Shown here piece by piece: positions 14,612 to 26,592 of a DNA stretch of 40,158 nt. Numbering within the stretch: position 1 is the stretch's first letter; each line of letters starts with the position of its first letter. The position numbers were made by a program, and so were the translations under genes. A model generated the notes under the pieces. The model had not been told where the DNA came from and made no database searches. It was given only the letters and a program-made list of their open reading frames with translations. Source of the DNA: Catajapyx aquilonaris (taxonomy: Eukaryota); assembly GCA_000934665.2 (NCBI GenBank), contig JYFJ02003565.1:1-40158 (forward strand), given 5' to 3'.

Positions 14612-17600
14612 TTCAAAATAAACGTGCACTTTCGTCTGCAGGGTTTCTGGTAAAGCATCTCCCACTGTTAGTATATACGGTATTTATGCAAGACGTGAGG
14701 TATGTATTTTCACATTAATATTTAATATCTTCATGCTTACTTAAGTTTCAACCTACAGTATAAAGACCGCACACTGTTTACTTTGCAAGAATTAAAAAGA
14801 AAGTTTAAGTTCATCACTTTGGCTGTAATACACATGGGACCCAGCCATCACTATCACATCAACCACCTTTGATTATTTCTCATTGATGCCCATCAGGTTC
14901 AAAACTTACAAGCCAATGATATGTAAATCGGTGGAGCGACTTCCAATAGACGAGCTCAATTAACCCAAAAGTTCACCACTTTTGTCCCCCCTAAAAAATT
15001 GAAGCCTGGTTTGTCAGCAGAGCCCCCTAGCTCTTGCATATTACAAAAGTTACCGGATCCTCAAAACGCTTGGGAATTGTTGTTAAGTGGTAAGCCCCCA
15101 AAAGTACCCCATCTCTGTCACTAGAAACTTTGCTTCCTGTCCGTCCTACAGAAATGTGTGTGGATGTGGGTGTATAGGGAGACACAATGGCAAAGGGTTC
15201 AGTTTTCCAGTCGGTAAAGCATCTCTCTTGGGCAGTTAGGAATTCCCCAAACTGTAGCCCAAAAACACAGTTTGGGATATCTGTCCATGGAGAGTACTAT
15301 ACCCTCCTCTCATTGACTCTCAAATGGCTGCTCCCCTTCCCATCGAATGCTCACTGAGACTTCCTTTTTAACCTCCCAGCACCACACTTCTGGCTCGCAT
15401 TTCTCTGCCATCTAAATGGGGTAGGAGGCTTCAAGTCCCACTAGGGGGTTTAACCCAAATGGCCTTTGTGCAACTTGCCACTCATGGTTTGCGAGCGAAG
15501 GAATTTCGGGGGTTCAAATTCCTGGCGAATGATTACACATTGTGCAACTCGTAAAGCAATAGTAATCATAACCAGACGAAATAACATTGATGGTGGAAAA
15601 TATTGTGTCGATTTCAGAATTTTTTTGGTCGTTATTAATTTCTCTCCTAGAGGCTTCTATATTGTAGTGGGGAAGTTTCACCTCTTGTGGTACATGAAGA
15701 TTATAAGACCTTACTTCTCCATAAATTATTATAGACCCTATTATCTGTCATGTACTGTATACTGAATGGGTGTTACGTATTTTATTGATACGGGATTTAA
15801 AGTCATAGCCTACTCGATATTATTACAAAGAGATCTTATCATAGCGGAATAGAAGTGGCTGGATTATGATAAAAGCTTTACTATCTGAGTAGCTAATAGA
15901 ATCGCTAATTAATGAGTAACATAAACACACCTCCGCATTTTGTACGCCTTTCTCCCCCGCAGGTTAGTAGAGCAACTTTTTCGGTTTAAATATACATGTA
16001 ACTGACCAAGGAACTTTAGGACGTAGCACTTTACTTAAAATGCTGCCTTCCAAACAAAGCCAACATGTGCCCTTGTGCCTTAATGCATGCGCACTGCACC
16101 GTAAACCACGAGTTCATTACGTCGACCGAGGATTCGTATCCTACCAAGACCGCAACCACCATTGCTGCCCCAACCTCAACGAAACAGACTCGTTACGGAC
16201 TGCCAAAGTTGTGTTCGATAAAGTTTGGGAGAAACATTTACACGTTACTGCGACAATAGCCTAGAGCAAGTAATTCAAATGTTACAGGTTATATGAGTCT
16301 CTTGAGAAAAGTGAACATCAACACTGTTAAATTCATGTAACTTATGTGATTGCCTCCATTTATCGTACATACAAGCCGCAATCTATATCCATGCAACACT
16401 ATAGCGACAAATAAATAATAAGCTATTATTATTGCAGTTGCACAAACCCAAACATGGCTCAGCAATGTGGTAGAATCAATAATGTAATTCAATATTTCAG
16501 ATGCATTCAGTGGATCCGCATTTTTTTATAGTTATAATAGTGCCTCTATGCAGCACTATCCGTTATTACATTTAGTAATAACGTATTCATCGTATTTGCT
16601 GCTGTGGGATCCTTTAATCATAATTTAGTCTAAACGCACACTAACACGTGGACAAATAAATACCTCATTATGAACTGCTACTGCATAAACAAATAGCTTT
16701 GTGTACGCATAGCATTATTTCATTCGTCTATAAATCTCCTTTTGAACAGTTCAAATGTTTTTAAAAAGAGTACTGAAAATGGCGGAGTATGGAGAAATAC
16801 TGTACAACAAATATTATAGTGGTAATTTAATGTTACGTGTCCCCACCGGCATTAAAAAGTTTCAAATTATAATATATACACGATCATGATCAACATTCAG
16901 TTCGAAATAATAATAAAAAAGACTCAAAGCCATAGGGATGCGCAGTGACGAACAGGAGTAGAAACATTATTTTTGCAGTATAAAGGCCAGACCTACAAGC
17001 AAAATCACTCTTTGAAAAAAAAAAAACTTTCCAGAATATAAAACACAGCCTACATAAACACAGTAAAACCCTTAGGGATGACCTTTTATTTGCCGCATGT
17101 CCCTGAATAAATGCAATGTCAAGTCTCCCTGATTACACACAGTGTACCTCGAAGGTAAATGTAGTTTTTCTAGAATAAAAATACAAATCCGCTTTTTTGT
17201 GGACCATGTTTTGTTAACGTTCGCTTCACTGCAGCATGCACTGCAGAAGCTATTTCTCTCTACTGTTTATAGAGCAGATATATGAAAAAAAGTTAGAGTT
17301 TGCAACAAAGGCCTAAGCTTTGGTACTGACAAGTGAGTTCAGAGTGTTGTAAGTTGGATCAAATGCAGATATTATTTTTGAAAATTTGGAAGTTGTTATA
17401 TTCACTTTTCAACGCGCATGAAAATATGATGGCAATCTGTCAGAAATGTTTCGGCAAAAAATAATTTGTCATTTAAAATATTGCAACTTAATGACATACG
17501 CTGAATAATGCTGATTTATATTTGTGCAACGTTAAACTCTTAAAATTCAGTATAAAATATTATTATCATAGTATACCTCACTTTTCATATCCCAGCTGAC

Positions 17601-20600
17601 TTGAGTACTTGCGTATACAGTATATGTGTGTGGGCTTGTGTGTGGGTGTAGGGTATGGGTAAGGAAATTCCCTCGACATTTCGCATCCTGTTCCAATCGC
17701 CATCATTAACGTTCGCTACAAATAACGAACGGCAACAAATTAACCACAATATTCAATAAGAAGCTATAAAGTCCATGTAAACCCCCTAAATGAAGAGAGG
17801 CAAACTATTGAAACGTCTGTAATGATGTCATCTTATAGGGTTGCCCTGAAATCTGCAGATGTTTGCAAGTTGACTTGAGCAAACACCAGTAATGATTGCA
17901 CCTCTGGTGACACGACAAATACATCCCACTTAGGCAGGCATTTATAAACTTATCTCTTGATCTTATAGTGATTGTTTTCAGCAATATTTTCCAACCCCGT
18001 ACTAAAAATGCGTCACTATAATAGACCGTTTAAATATTTATAAGCATCATAAATGCTGCCACAATCATTAGAGGCGATTGGGGCATGACTAAATCAAAGC
18101 CCATGTATTTTTAAAAGGGCACTGCAAACACACCGCCAAATTACACACTGACACTAAAATCCCATGTGATGCAATTGTGATCAGCTTATTTCGTAATAAA
18201 AGATAGTATATATTACCACCATGTTCCAGAGCGATTCCAAAATATCAATGGCAATTTAAATATTAAGTACCCGTCCATGAAATGTCACTCTGTCAACAGG
18301 GAATGGAAGCGACAAAAACCTATTTTTATGCACATTGCAACACTATATAGAGCCTGGTAAATGGTAAAAGTTGTATCTCATTATAGGATAATAGTCACAA
18401 TTTGGCGAATTTTTTTAGAGTAAAGGCCAAGTTTCGCGACTCCGTCACAAAAAAGGACCAATATAAAATCCCACTTGTGAATTCAGTACATTCCACCCTC
18501 AAAATAAAACTGGTCCTAATTTTAGAAGCTCCATAATGACGTGTGTGCTGACATCCAACATATATTACGACGTATTATTTACTTCCAGGATCATTAATTA
18601 CGACCTGTTTGAAACAGCTCATAGCTTTAGCTATCTGTGCATTGGCGAACAGCCTCGGGCGACTACCTTACAACCGATATGCGAATGCAAATTCAGCTGC
18701 CAGGCTTCCCATAAAGCGTTTTTATTGAAAGAGATGAACGCTTGGCACTTGCATCACATGAGTTACCTGAATTTCCGCCTTTGTCGCCGCTCAATCGACA
18801 CAGTTCAGCTAATATGAAAATTAATTTTTGAGCTAAAGTTTCTCGGAGAACCTAGCAATGCGTGTAAATTCCCTCGAGCTGACGTAAAAGACCGGTATAA
18901 AAATTAACGCCTGTGTCCTAATTAGCGTGTAACTTAATTTTATGTGCTTTGGTCAACTTTAGTGTCGCAATTTTTGATTGCTATTTCTATTAGGTTTTTT
19001 TTGTAATTTTAAAAGGCAGCAGGTTCAGCAACAAAAGGTGTAAATCATTTCGAGGCTTCCTCTTCATCTGGAAAACGGAGCATTTTAAAAGAAACAAAAG
19101 AACTCATTACAATCGTCACACAATGTGCTCCGCTCCTATTCTTCCATAGAAAATTCGGATGAAATGCGTCATCTCATGTATTAAGGGACGGAAATTACTG
19201 GTGTTCATATGGACTGCAAACTTTCGCATATATACTTTTGGCATATACTCTCAACAAAAAAAATTATTCAATAGTCATTTCGTTAGTACTCGCTATTCAA
19301 TTCGGCCATTAATGTTATGTCGTCCATATACATCATGAAATAATTAAGCAATGTCTTGCACAATCCCTGTGGGTAAAAAAATATATCACCCAATCATGAA
19401 ATACCTACTCACCAATTCGTGTGATGTTGAGCATCAGGGTGGAGTGTTTCCCTTTGATCTCTCATCCTGAAAAAAAGTGATATAAATCAATATAGCAGGG
19501 AAGGTCGTTACGATTGACATTTGTTTTTCCATCACTGCATTTCACTTGTAACATTGTATAATGACCACAAATTGTGACGTATGGATTCTATCATGCATGG
19601 ACAACGAACGTTACTGTGGCTTTGCCCACCACGACGAATATATCACGGGGGCGAAACGGCGGGGGCGATAAGTCCGAGACCCGTATTAGATATGACTGGT
19701 TCGTTCAACCTCCACAGTTTACCAACATGACCCGTGACCATTACAGAAAGGTCTGCAGCTAATGTCAAGGTATCTTCCGGGTTTGGATATTGGCGACTAC
19801 GACGCGACGCGACATCCCGACACTCTCGTGTTTGAATAAATTCCTGCCCAAGGCAAATATGCAGAGCTCCCGCGAGGACGTGGCCGGTTGCGGTGATTTC
19901 ATGGGCAATTATGAAAAAGGTCGGGGTTTGCTTTTATGTGAGGCGCACATCGGGGCATGAACCGCTTTTTGACTAGGTCCAGGAATGTTCCGGATCTGCT
20001 TCATGCGTCATTAATCTCTGGTCATTTGCAAACGATAAGCCAGAGCCAGCGGGCCACTCCTTTTTTTGCGTAAAATATAAAACGTGGTTCATATTAAGTA
20101 TGCACAAAACAACGGCTTCATCAGACCATGGAGACATGCTTGATCAATGTGACACCGGCCTGATCTAGATAATTATTCAACACCTACATGGCCTGGCTTA
20201 GCTCTCCTGTGAAGTGACATGATAATATAATTAACTCGAGCGTAGGTGTCATACATATGCAAAACCATCTATGTATATATGTTGCACCTGCACATCAGAG
20301 CCTAAGGTATAAAGGTATAGAATAGTGGATACTTTAACCACTACACCACCGTGTTGCCGTGTATTTTAAATTGAAAAAGTCAAGTTGCGCGGATGGATGC
20401 CAACATGTCAGGATATTTTATACCTTTCGTTTGAAGCCCATTATCTAGCAGTAATGAGACAAGGGAGACCAAATGACACCTCGACTTAAAGTGATTCTCT
20501 GGTTCCCAGTTCATCCTAGAAGATTGAATCATTATAAGACACCGGTCCGCCAAGAATACCTCTCTAATCTCTGAAATTCGCACCCTCTGCAACCTCCAAT

Positions 20601-20990
20601 TTTAATAATCCAGATCATTATATATTGATGACCCGAACTAACGAACAGTGTGGGAATTAATAATTCTCCCCCTTAATCAACTGTAATTGAGCCTATATTT
20701 TTAATGAACTCTTCTAGTGCAATCACGGTCAATTTAAAAATTATGCAACAAGCTGTAACTAAAACATTTGAACGTGACTAGCATTTCATCCAAAAATCAC
20801 GAGCACATCTCCCCAATAAATTACGAACCGCCTACATTAAATCCAGAATCGCTCTCCTAAGATTTCATCCCTGCAAGTGGAAAAGCATGAGAAAATCCAA
20901 AAGGCATGAACGTGAAGTGAAGAGTAAAACAAACCTCTTGTGAATGGGTCTGGAGCAAAACTCGTGCAATACACAAGCAGGCACAGGGGC

Positions 20991-20998
20991 TATATAAA
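20991..20998 (+). promoter_or_regulatory. Candidate TATA box for the EFLamide gene
   Basis: GGGGC-TATATAAA lies ~165 bp upstream of the ATG. A polypyrimidine/CAG acceptor at 21143 implies a non-coding 5' exon upstream, whose position is not established. Confidence 0.4.
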
Positions 20999-21157
20999 TC
21001 AAATCACAAGAGCTGCAGGTTCGAATGATAAGAGTCCTCGGTTGGGATATGTCTAGAGTGTAGTACATCCATTTGGGTCTGCAAAAGAAGGTTATAAACT
21101 TTGAATTTTTTTTGTAAAACCTTTTCCTTCCATCTCTTTTCAGGCACGGTTTTAAAT

Positions 21158-23947
21158 ATGCATCGAGTTGGGAAATTCTCTTCGCTTTGCTTCCTCTTCT
21201 TCCTCTGCGTTTCTGCCGGATATGTGCGAGCCAATCAAGATGACAATGCATCTCAGCCTACCAATCAGCAGTCAGGTAATATTTTGTGCTAAAGCAGTTA
21301 TTTATCATTTCAAGTATAAATATAGCATAATTATTCATAATTAGGGCATTGAACAACCTTCACAAGGGTCATGATGAAATAACCTGTAAAAATTTTAACA
21401 AATGCCAGCACATGTGTGTAATGTGTTGCTTCTAATTAAAACTTCCGGGCACTAGATTATTACTTCAGCTATTATACAGTTCACATTTTTTATCATCATT
21501 AATATGTTTGCACTGTACCGTACTGTACAGTGTCGTCCCAAGTTAGGTTCAAATTTTTAATGCCCTAAACAAAATGAATGCTTCTGACGTGCACAACATT
21601 GCAAAACACTCACGTAATGATGCAGATAACCTAACTAATTTACGCAGCATGTATTTGCGTTTCTTGTAATCTGCCTGGATTTTGAAAGACAATGTTGCTT
21701 AAAAACATGTGCAAGAAGAAATTTTGCTATATTTCTTTACAAGGATTTCGATTTCAACATGTCACATATATATATATATACGTGTTACGTCAGAGAAAGT
21801 ACATGCTGTATTATAGCCTTCAGTTCCTTTGTATGATTACGCAAAATACAAGTACAAAATGAATGAACACCCAATACATTTACCCCTGGTTTAAAACCGG
21901 GCCCATTAGGTCAGTAATATCCGGCCAGCTAATAACTACTCATGTTTGATGAAGCCATATTAATTATTATCCCAATTGAGCCCACCATGCTAAACACTTT
22001 CGCAAACACGCGCTGTTGTTATCACGCCATAATTTCAGATATAAAGACGCAGATTCTACGTCACAAACGCGGTCCATTTTCACTTAGAATCATTGTGAGA
22101 CTCGCTGTTTGAAGTATCAACCGCCTGCATAGATTGGAAGCATGAAGTGACTCATAATGAACTGAAAATTGGTTTCTGCGCATGAAATTGGCGGTCCTCT
22201 AAACACCCAGAACACGCCTTTCCAATAAAACCGAGCAAGTGGAGAAAATGGATTCAAAAATGCGAAATGGAATAGTCGCGTCAAGTTGTCAGGAATTATT
22301 CGGTTAATTAGCATTTTACATACTGTAGCAGAAAAATCACTTGGGTATAGCATTAGCAAAAGTATAGAAAGCTGAAATTGCAGCAAATATCCAAAAAAAC
22401 GTCAGTGTGAAATCTTCATGTTGCAATGTGCATATGTGGACAGCTAGATTAGGCTACAGAAGTGTTTGCCAAAAAGCTCTTCAATTACACAACTCTTGAG
22501 CTCTGATTAGCACAATGAAATGTGACTAGAGCTTAAGCGATGGAAATAAATTCACGGATGAAGTGGTAATATATGAGAGCTGGCAAAGTGCGCTTAATAG
22601 GGCCGCATGCCAAGGTTTGACAATAGCTCCTGGCGCATGCAGCATTGGAAATCGCATGTCATTAATTTTGCCAGACCGATACTGCGCTATGAAACTCCAG
22701 CACAAAGAGGTGCAAAAATTCCAATGAATGAAATATGCATTAAACTTAGATAGTAAATATGTCAATATTAATATTCACTTTCCTCTAATCTGAGGCAAAT
22801 AGTTATTCATAATTTTATTAATAATTTATTTAATTTTTAATTTAATTTTTAATAATTTATTTAATTTTTTAATTTAATTTTTTAATGATTTATTTAATAA
22901 TTTATTTAATTTTTAATAATTTATTTAATATAATTATTTATAAGTGTAGAACTGACCTGGTTCATCCTTTTTTCTAGCAGCAACTAGGGGTGATTGGGAT
23001 TCCGAGGTAGCACCTCCAGAGGAACTGCAGCCTGAAGATGAAGAATACGATGGGGTGGAAGATGCGGTACAGAAGAGAGCCCTATCAGCTCGAGAATTAC
23101 TCCACTTCTTTCTAATGGCCATGCATGACCAAGGAGAGAGTTCGGGCCCATATGGGGGAGGGTACTCTTCCGGGATTCCATTTAGGCCCATCAGGCGCAT
23201 GGGATCTGAGTTCCTTGGAAAGAGGAGTGCTGAAGATGCGGTTAGTCCTGCCCAACCATAATACATTAGATGTCATTCTAAAAAATGAAAAAAATGAAAA
23301 ACATAAGATTATATGAAAACAATAAACAAAAACAAATAACATAAATAATAAAAAGGCAAATAGAGCCAAAACATTTAAACCTAATGTATCAAAATATAAC
23401 TATAAAGTCAAATCTCAATTAAAGGAACTCAACTAAAGAACTAACAAAGTAGCAACTAAATTGTGAAGTACACGGTAATGCTAAATATACCCTATCTTTT
23501 CAGATTGATCTGCACCTAGGTGATTTTCCAGAGATTTACCCTGAACCTGAGGATGAAGGAGCAGCAGCAGAGGACATGTGGTTCCCTGAGAAGAGGAGAA
23601 TGGGGTCTGAATTTCTTGGAAAGCGGCGTATGGGATCTGAATTCTTGGGGAAGAGGCGTATGGGATCTGAATTCCTGGGGAAGAGAAGGATGGGATCTGA
23701 ATTTCTAGGAAAGAGAAGGATGGGTTCTGAATTTCTGGGAAAGAGGCGCATGGGATCTGAATTTCTTGGGAAGAGACGCATGGGCTCAGAGTTTCTGGGG
23801 AAGCGCAGGATGGGGTCAGAGTTTCTAGGGAAGAGGAGGATGGGGTCAGAGTTTCTGGGCAAGAGATCAGTTGCACCAGAGTCAAATCCATCTGAGGACA
23901 GGTCGCCCAGCCCTACTGAAGGTGATCGTAGAAAACGATCAGAGTAA
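21158..23947 (+). CDS. EFLa: EFLamide / GSEFLamide (TRH-type) neuropeptide precursor, ~273 aa
   Basis: Exons: 21158-21275 (signal peptide MHRVGKFSSLCFLFFLCVSAGYVRA, phase 1), 22981-23240 (alternative NAGNAG start 22978; phase 0), 23504-23947. Encodes one RR-MGSEFL-GKR plus nine tandem RMGSEFL-GKR units, with a Gly amide donor and basic cleavage sites. GSEFLamide is a known crustacean/hexapod peptide family. Confidence 0.93.
22809..22943. repeat. Almost pure A/T low-complexity degenerate repeat (AATAATTTATTTAATTTTT-like units)
   Basis: ~135 nt with a single G, in the EFLa intron shortly upstream of the exon-2 acceptor. Confidence 0.85.
23597..23866 (+). repeat. Nine 30-bp coding tandem repeats (RMGSEFLGKR)
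   Basis: Identical peptide translation in all nine units. The DNA units differ only at synonymous positions. Confidence 0.97.
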
Positions 23948-25294
23948 AATACAGTAATTCACAAAAAAGAGTTTCTGCCACCAACACCTCCTTCCCACAC
24001 CATCTTAATATGTGTTTATCTACGTTTGGCCAGCTTTACCTCAACTCACCGCCCATAGGCACCACATATTAGTTACAAGTAACTTTACAAAATCAACAAT
24101 GTATGTTATTGAAACGGTGTGTTGTAGTCTACAAAAAAAAAATCATAACAATGGCAGCGACTATTGAAGGCTCAATTCCACATTTTAAGTCTCCTAGTGA
24201 ATGTTCCAACTCGGAAAGAAAAACAAAGGCATAAAACTATTATGCAACTTGTCCCCGCTGTAATTAATAAATCAGTGTCATCCCTTGCAAGAGTCATGTA
24301 AACAGGCTGGAATAAATATTTTTTTCCCCCTCTTGTCAATGTCGCTTGTTGCAAGTTGTTTGGTTTTCTTTCACTCTAGGTGACTTGACCCATAATAAAT
24401 CACTTGTTTAAAAAATTGTAATAAAACATTTCTAGCAGGATGCCAACAGTGACAGAGTATTCCAATTCTCCTGATGAAGTAAAAAATACAGATAATCATA
24501 ACATATACAATTTGGCACATAGCACTATGAGAATAATAATTCTTCTACAGATGGTCTCTGCTTGCTGATGACAAACCTGTATCAGGCTGACCGCAGCTAC
24601 TTATTATGAAAGTATTTTTTGTTGGCATTTTGAGAGTGTTCACATCCGCTGTGTTCAAATGAAGGGTTTTCCCCATTAGCGGAGAAATGGAGAGAAAATA
24701 CAACAGGAGAATGGGCAGGGAGACGGCAGGTACACTGATTCCTCTTCAGCATGCTGCATGCCATTACCCTATTTCTTCCATGAGACTACTACAGATGAAG
24801 AGGAAGTGGATAGAAACACTGTGAGCCGTGATACTGTGTCAGAGTTACGGCAACCCGACCATAAAGGCCCTGTGCCGTGATACCGATAAGTTTTGAAAAC
24901 ATACTGCTCTAGAGGTGGTATTGGGACTGGCACAGACTACAATCCAGCAATTTCAATCGGCCAAAATGTTGAAATGTCAAAATTCTTCTATGTCTACACT
25001 GTCTAAAGAATAACATAATTATTTTTTTCAATCACGTACAAAAGAAAGTTATCTTCTCATATACTTCAGGTAATGTTACATCCATGTATGAAAAAACACA
25101 ATTATAAATTTGCCAGTCATGCACATCTAACTTAGGGACTTTAATAAAAATGTTACAATATATTCATAAAATAACAATCCATGACATTGGGACCAAGCAA
25201 CTGGATCAACTGTAACAGTCACTTATCTTAAAATACTTTAAAAATATAAACATTTGCCATAATAATACATTGACATTGCACTGTTACAAAGCAA

Positions 25295-25457
25295 GGGGCG
25301 GATTCATCAACCTACGAGATTTTTAAATATCTCGTAGCAGCCATGACCCTCGGTGACTATGATAGGTCGAACCGAGTCATAACCAGCGAGTTTGTAACTA
25401 TGGTTAAGACCAGTTACGATGAAAATTTGACTTAACGACATTTGAGGAATCCACCCC
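25295..25457. mobile_element. PIF/Harbinger-like MITE
   Basis: 16-bp TIRs GGGGCGGATTCATCAA / TTGAGGAATCCACCCC (2 mismatches), 3-bp CAA duplication on both sides, internal hairpin CTACGAGAT...ATCTCGTAG. Confidence 0.65.
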
Positions 25458-25673
25458 CAAATTCTTTCACAGATTATATACACTCTTTAAAGGACTTCAA
25501 TATTTTAAAAATTTATTATCCATTACAATCAAGCATTTTCCCTTCCAAATATATTCATGACAATCATGCGCAATAATTATGAATAAAAAATATTTGGTGT
25601 CACTTAGAATTTTTGGTTCATCAGCCTTAAAAGTATCCCTCACAACTTGAGGGATTAAAAATGCAATAAAGTC

Positions 25674-26530
25674 TCAGGAGCCATTCATGGGTTTGTGATC
25701 ACTTGGCTTCAGTTTAAAAAAAGGTGATTTTGCTTCCACAAGAGAAATGTTGTTCCCTTTCACCGTAAACCTGTAAGTAAGGTTAATATTATTGCAACAA
25801 GTCCTAATTACCTGATAATCAACTGCACCTCAGTGTATGCTTGTATGTTCCTTGTGGTTGTAAATCAGGCCCATGTGCCATCAGGAAGCACTCACATAAC
25901 ATTTTGAGAAGTGGTTGACTTTCCTGATCAGACTCCTCATAAAACAATGCATAATTTTGCCTGAAATATTCAGGGAGTGACAGTTAAAATGTGTACTGGT
26001 CTATTAGAGCTACAGGATTCGTTATAAACTATACAGCTAGACCTAGGGCTATCCACAGTTGTTTATAAAAAGTAATGGTTTAAAAAATCATGCCCTCTCA
26101 TACAAAATAAATCCAAGCTTGATATTGCCAACAAATTAGGAAGGAAAATTATATTTGACAAGTTAACAATGTAACTCTAACATACCCAGTCTCTTTCATG
26201 AGTTCCTGAAGAAACTTAATTGGCTTTTTCTCAACACATCTGTTGAGGTCACCAAGATTCATGTGGACTGGAAAACTGCTGGACACCAGCTCCTCCACAC
26301 GCTGGTAATACTTGTCACTAACCAGGTTCATTGGTGAATCAATCCACTTGGCAGTCTGTCTGCAATACATCAAGAGAGCATCAGGAATAAAAATAAAACA
26401 TTATGCAAAATTGTCTGCATTACACGTCAGATCATATCACATCACAACCCCCTACCCTATGTAACATCCTTATGTTGTATGTTCAATTCAATTATTGAAT
26501 CATCTGTTAGGGGGAATGCAACTCTGGAGT

Positions 26531-26592
<62 letters not shown>

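Noticed and set aside
20480..20560. W-F-P-V-H followed out of frame by R-S-A-K, reminiscent of LINE RNase H (WxPxH...ADxxAK)
   Set aside because: Requires a frameshift and is very short; a possible relic but unsupported.
20254..22436. CATATG E-boxes (DIMMED-type) near the EFLa 5' end
   Set aside because: A hexamer expected by chance at this frequency in AT-rich DNA.
23597..23866. Regular 30-bp periodicity resembling a CRISPR array
   Set aside because: No unique spacers; it is a coding tandem repeat in a spliced eukaryotic gene.
23481..23891. Repetitive minus-strand ORFs (PRNSDPILLF..., ETLTPS...)
   Set aside because: Antisense shadows of the GSEFLamide repeat. Only the + frame shows purely synonymous variation.
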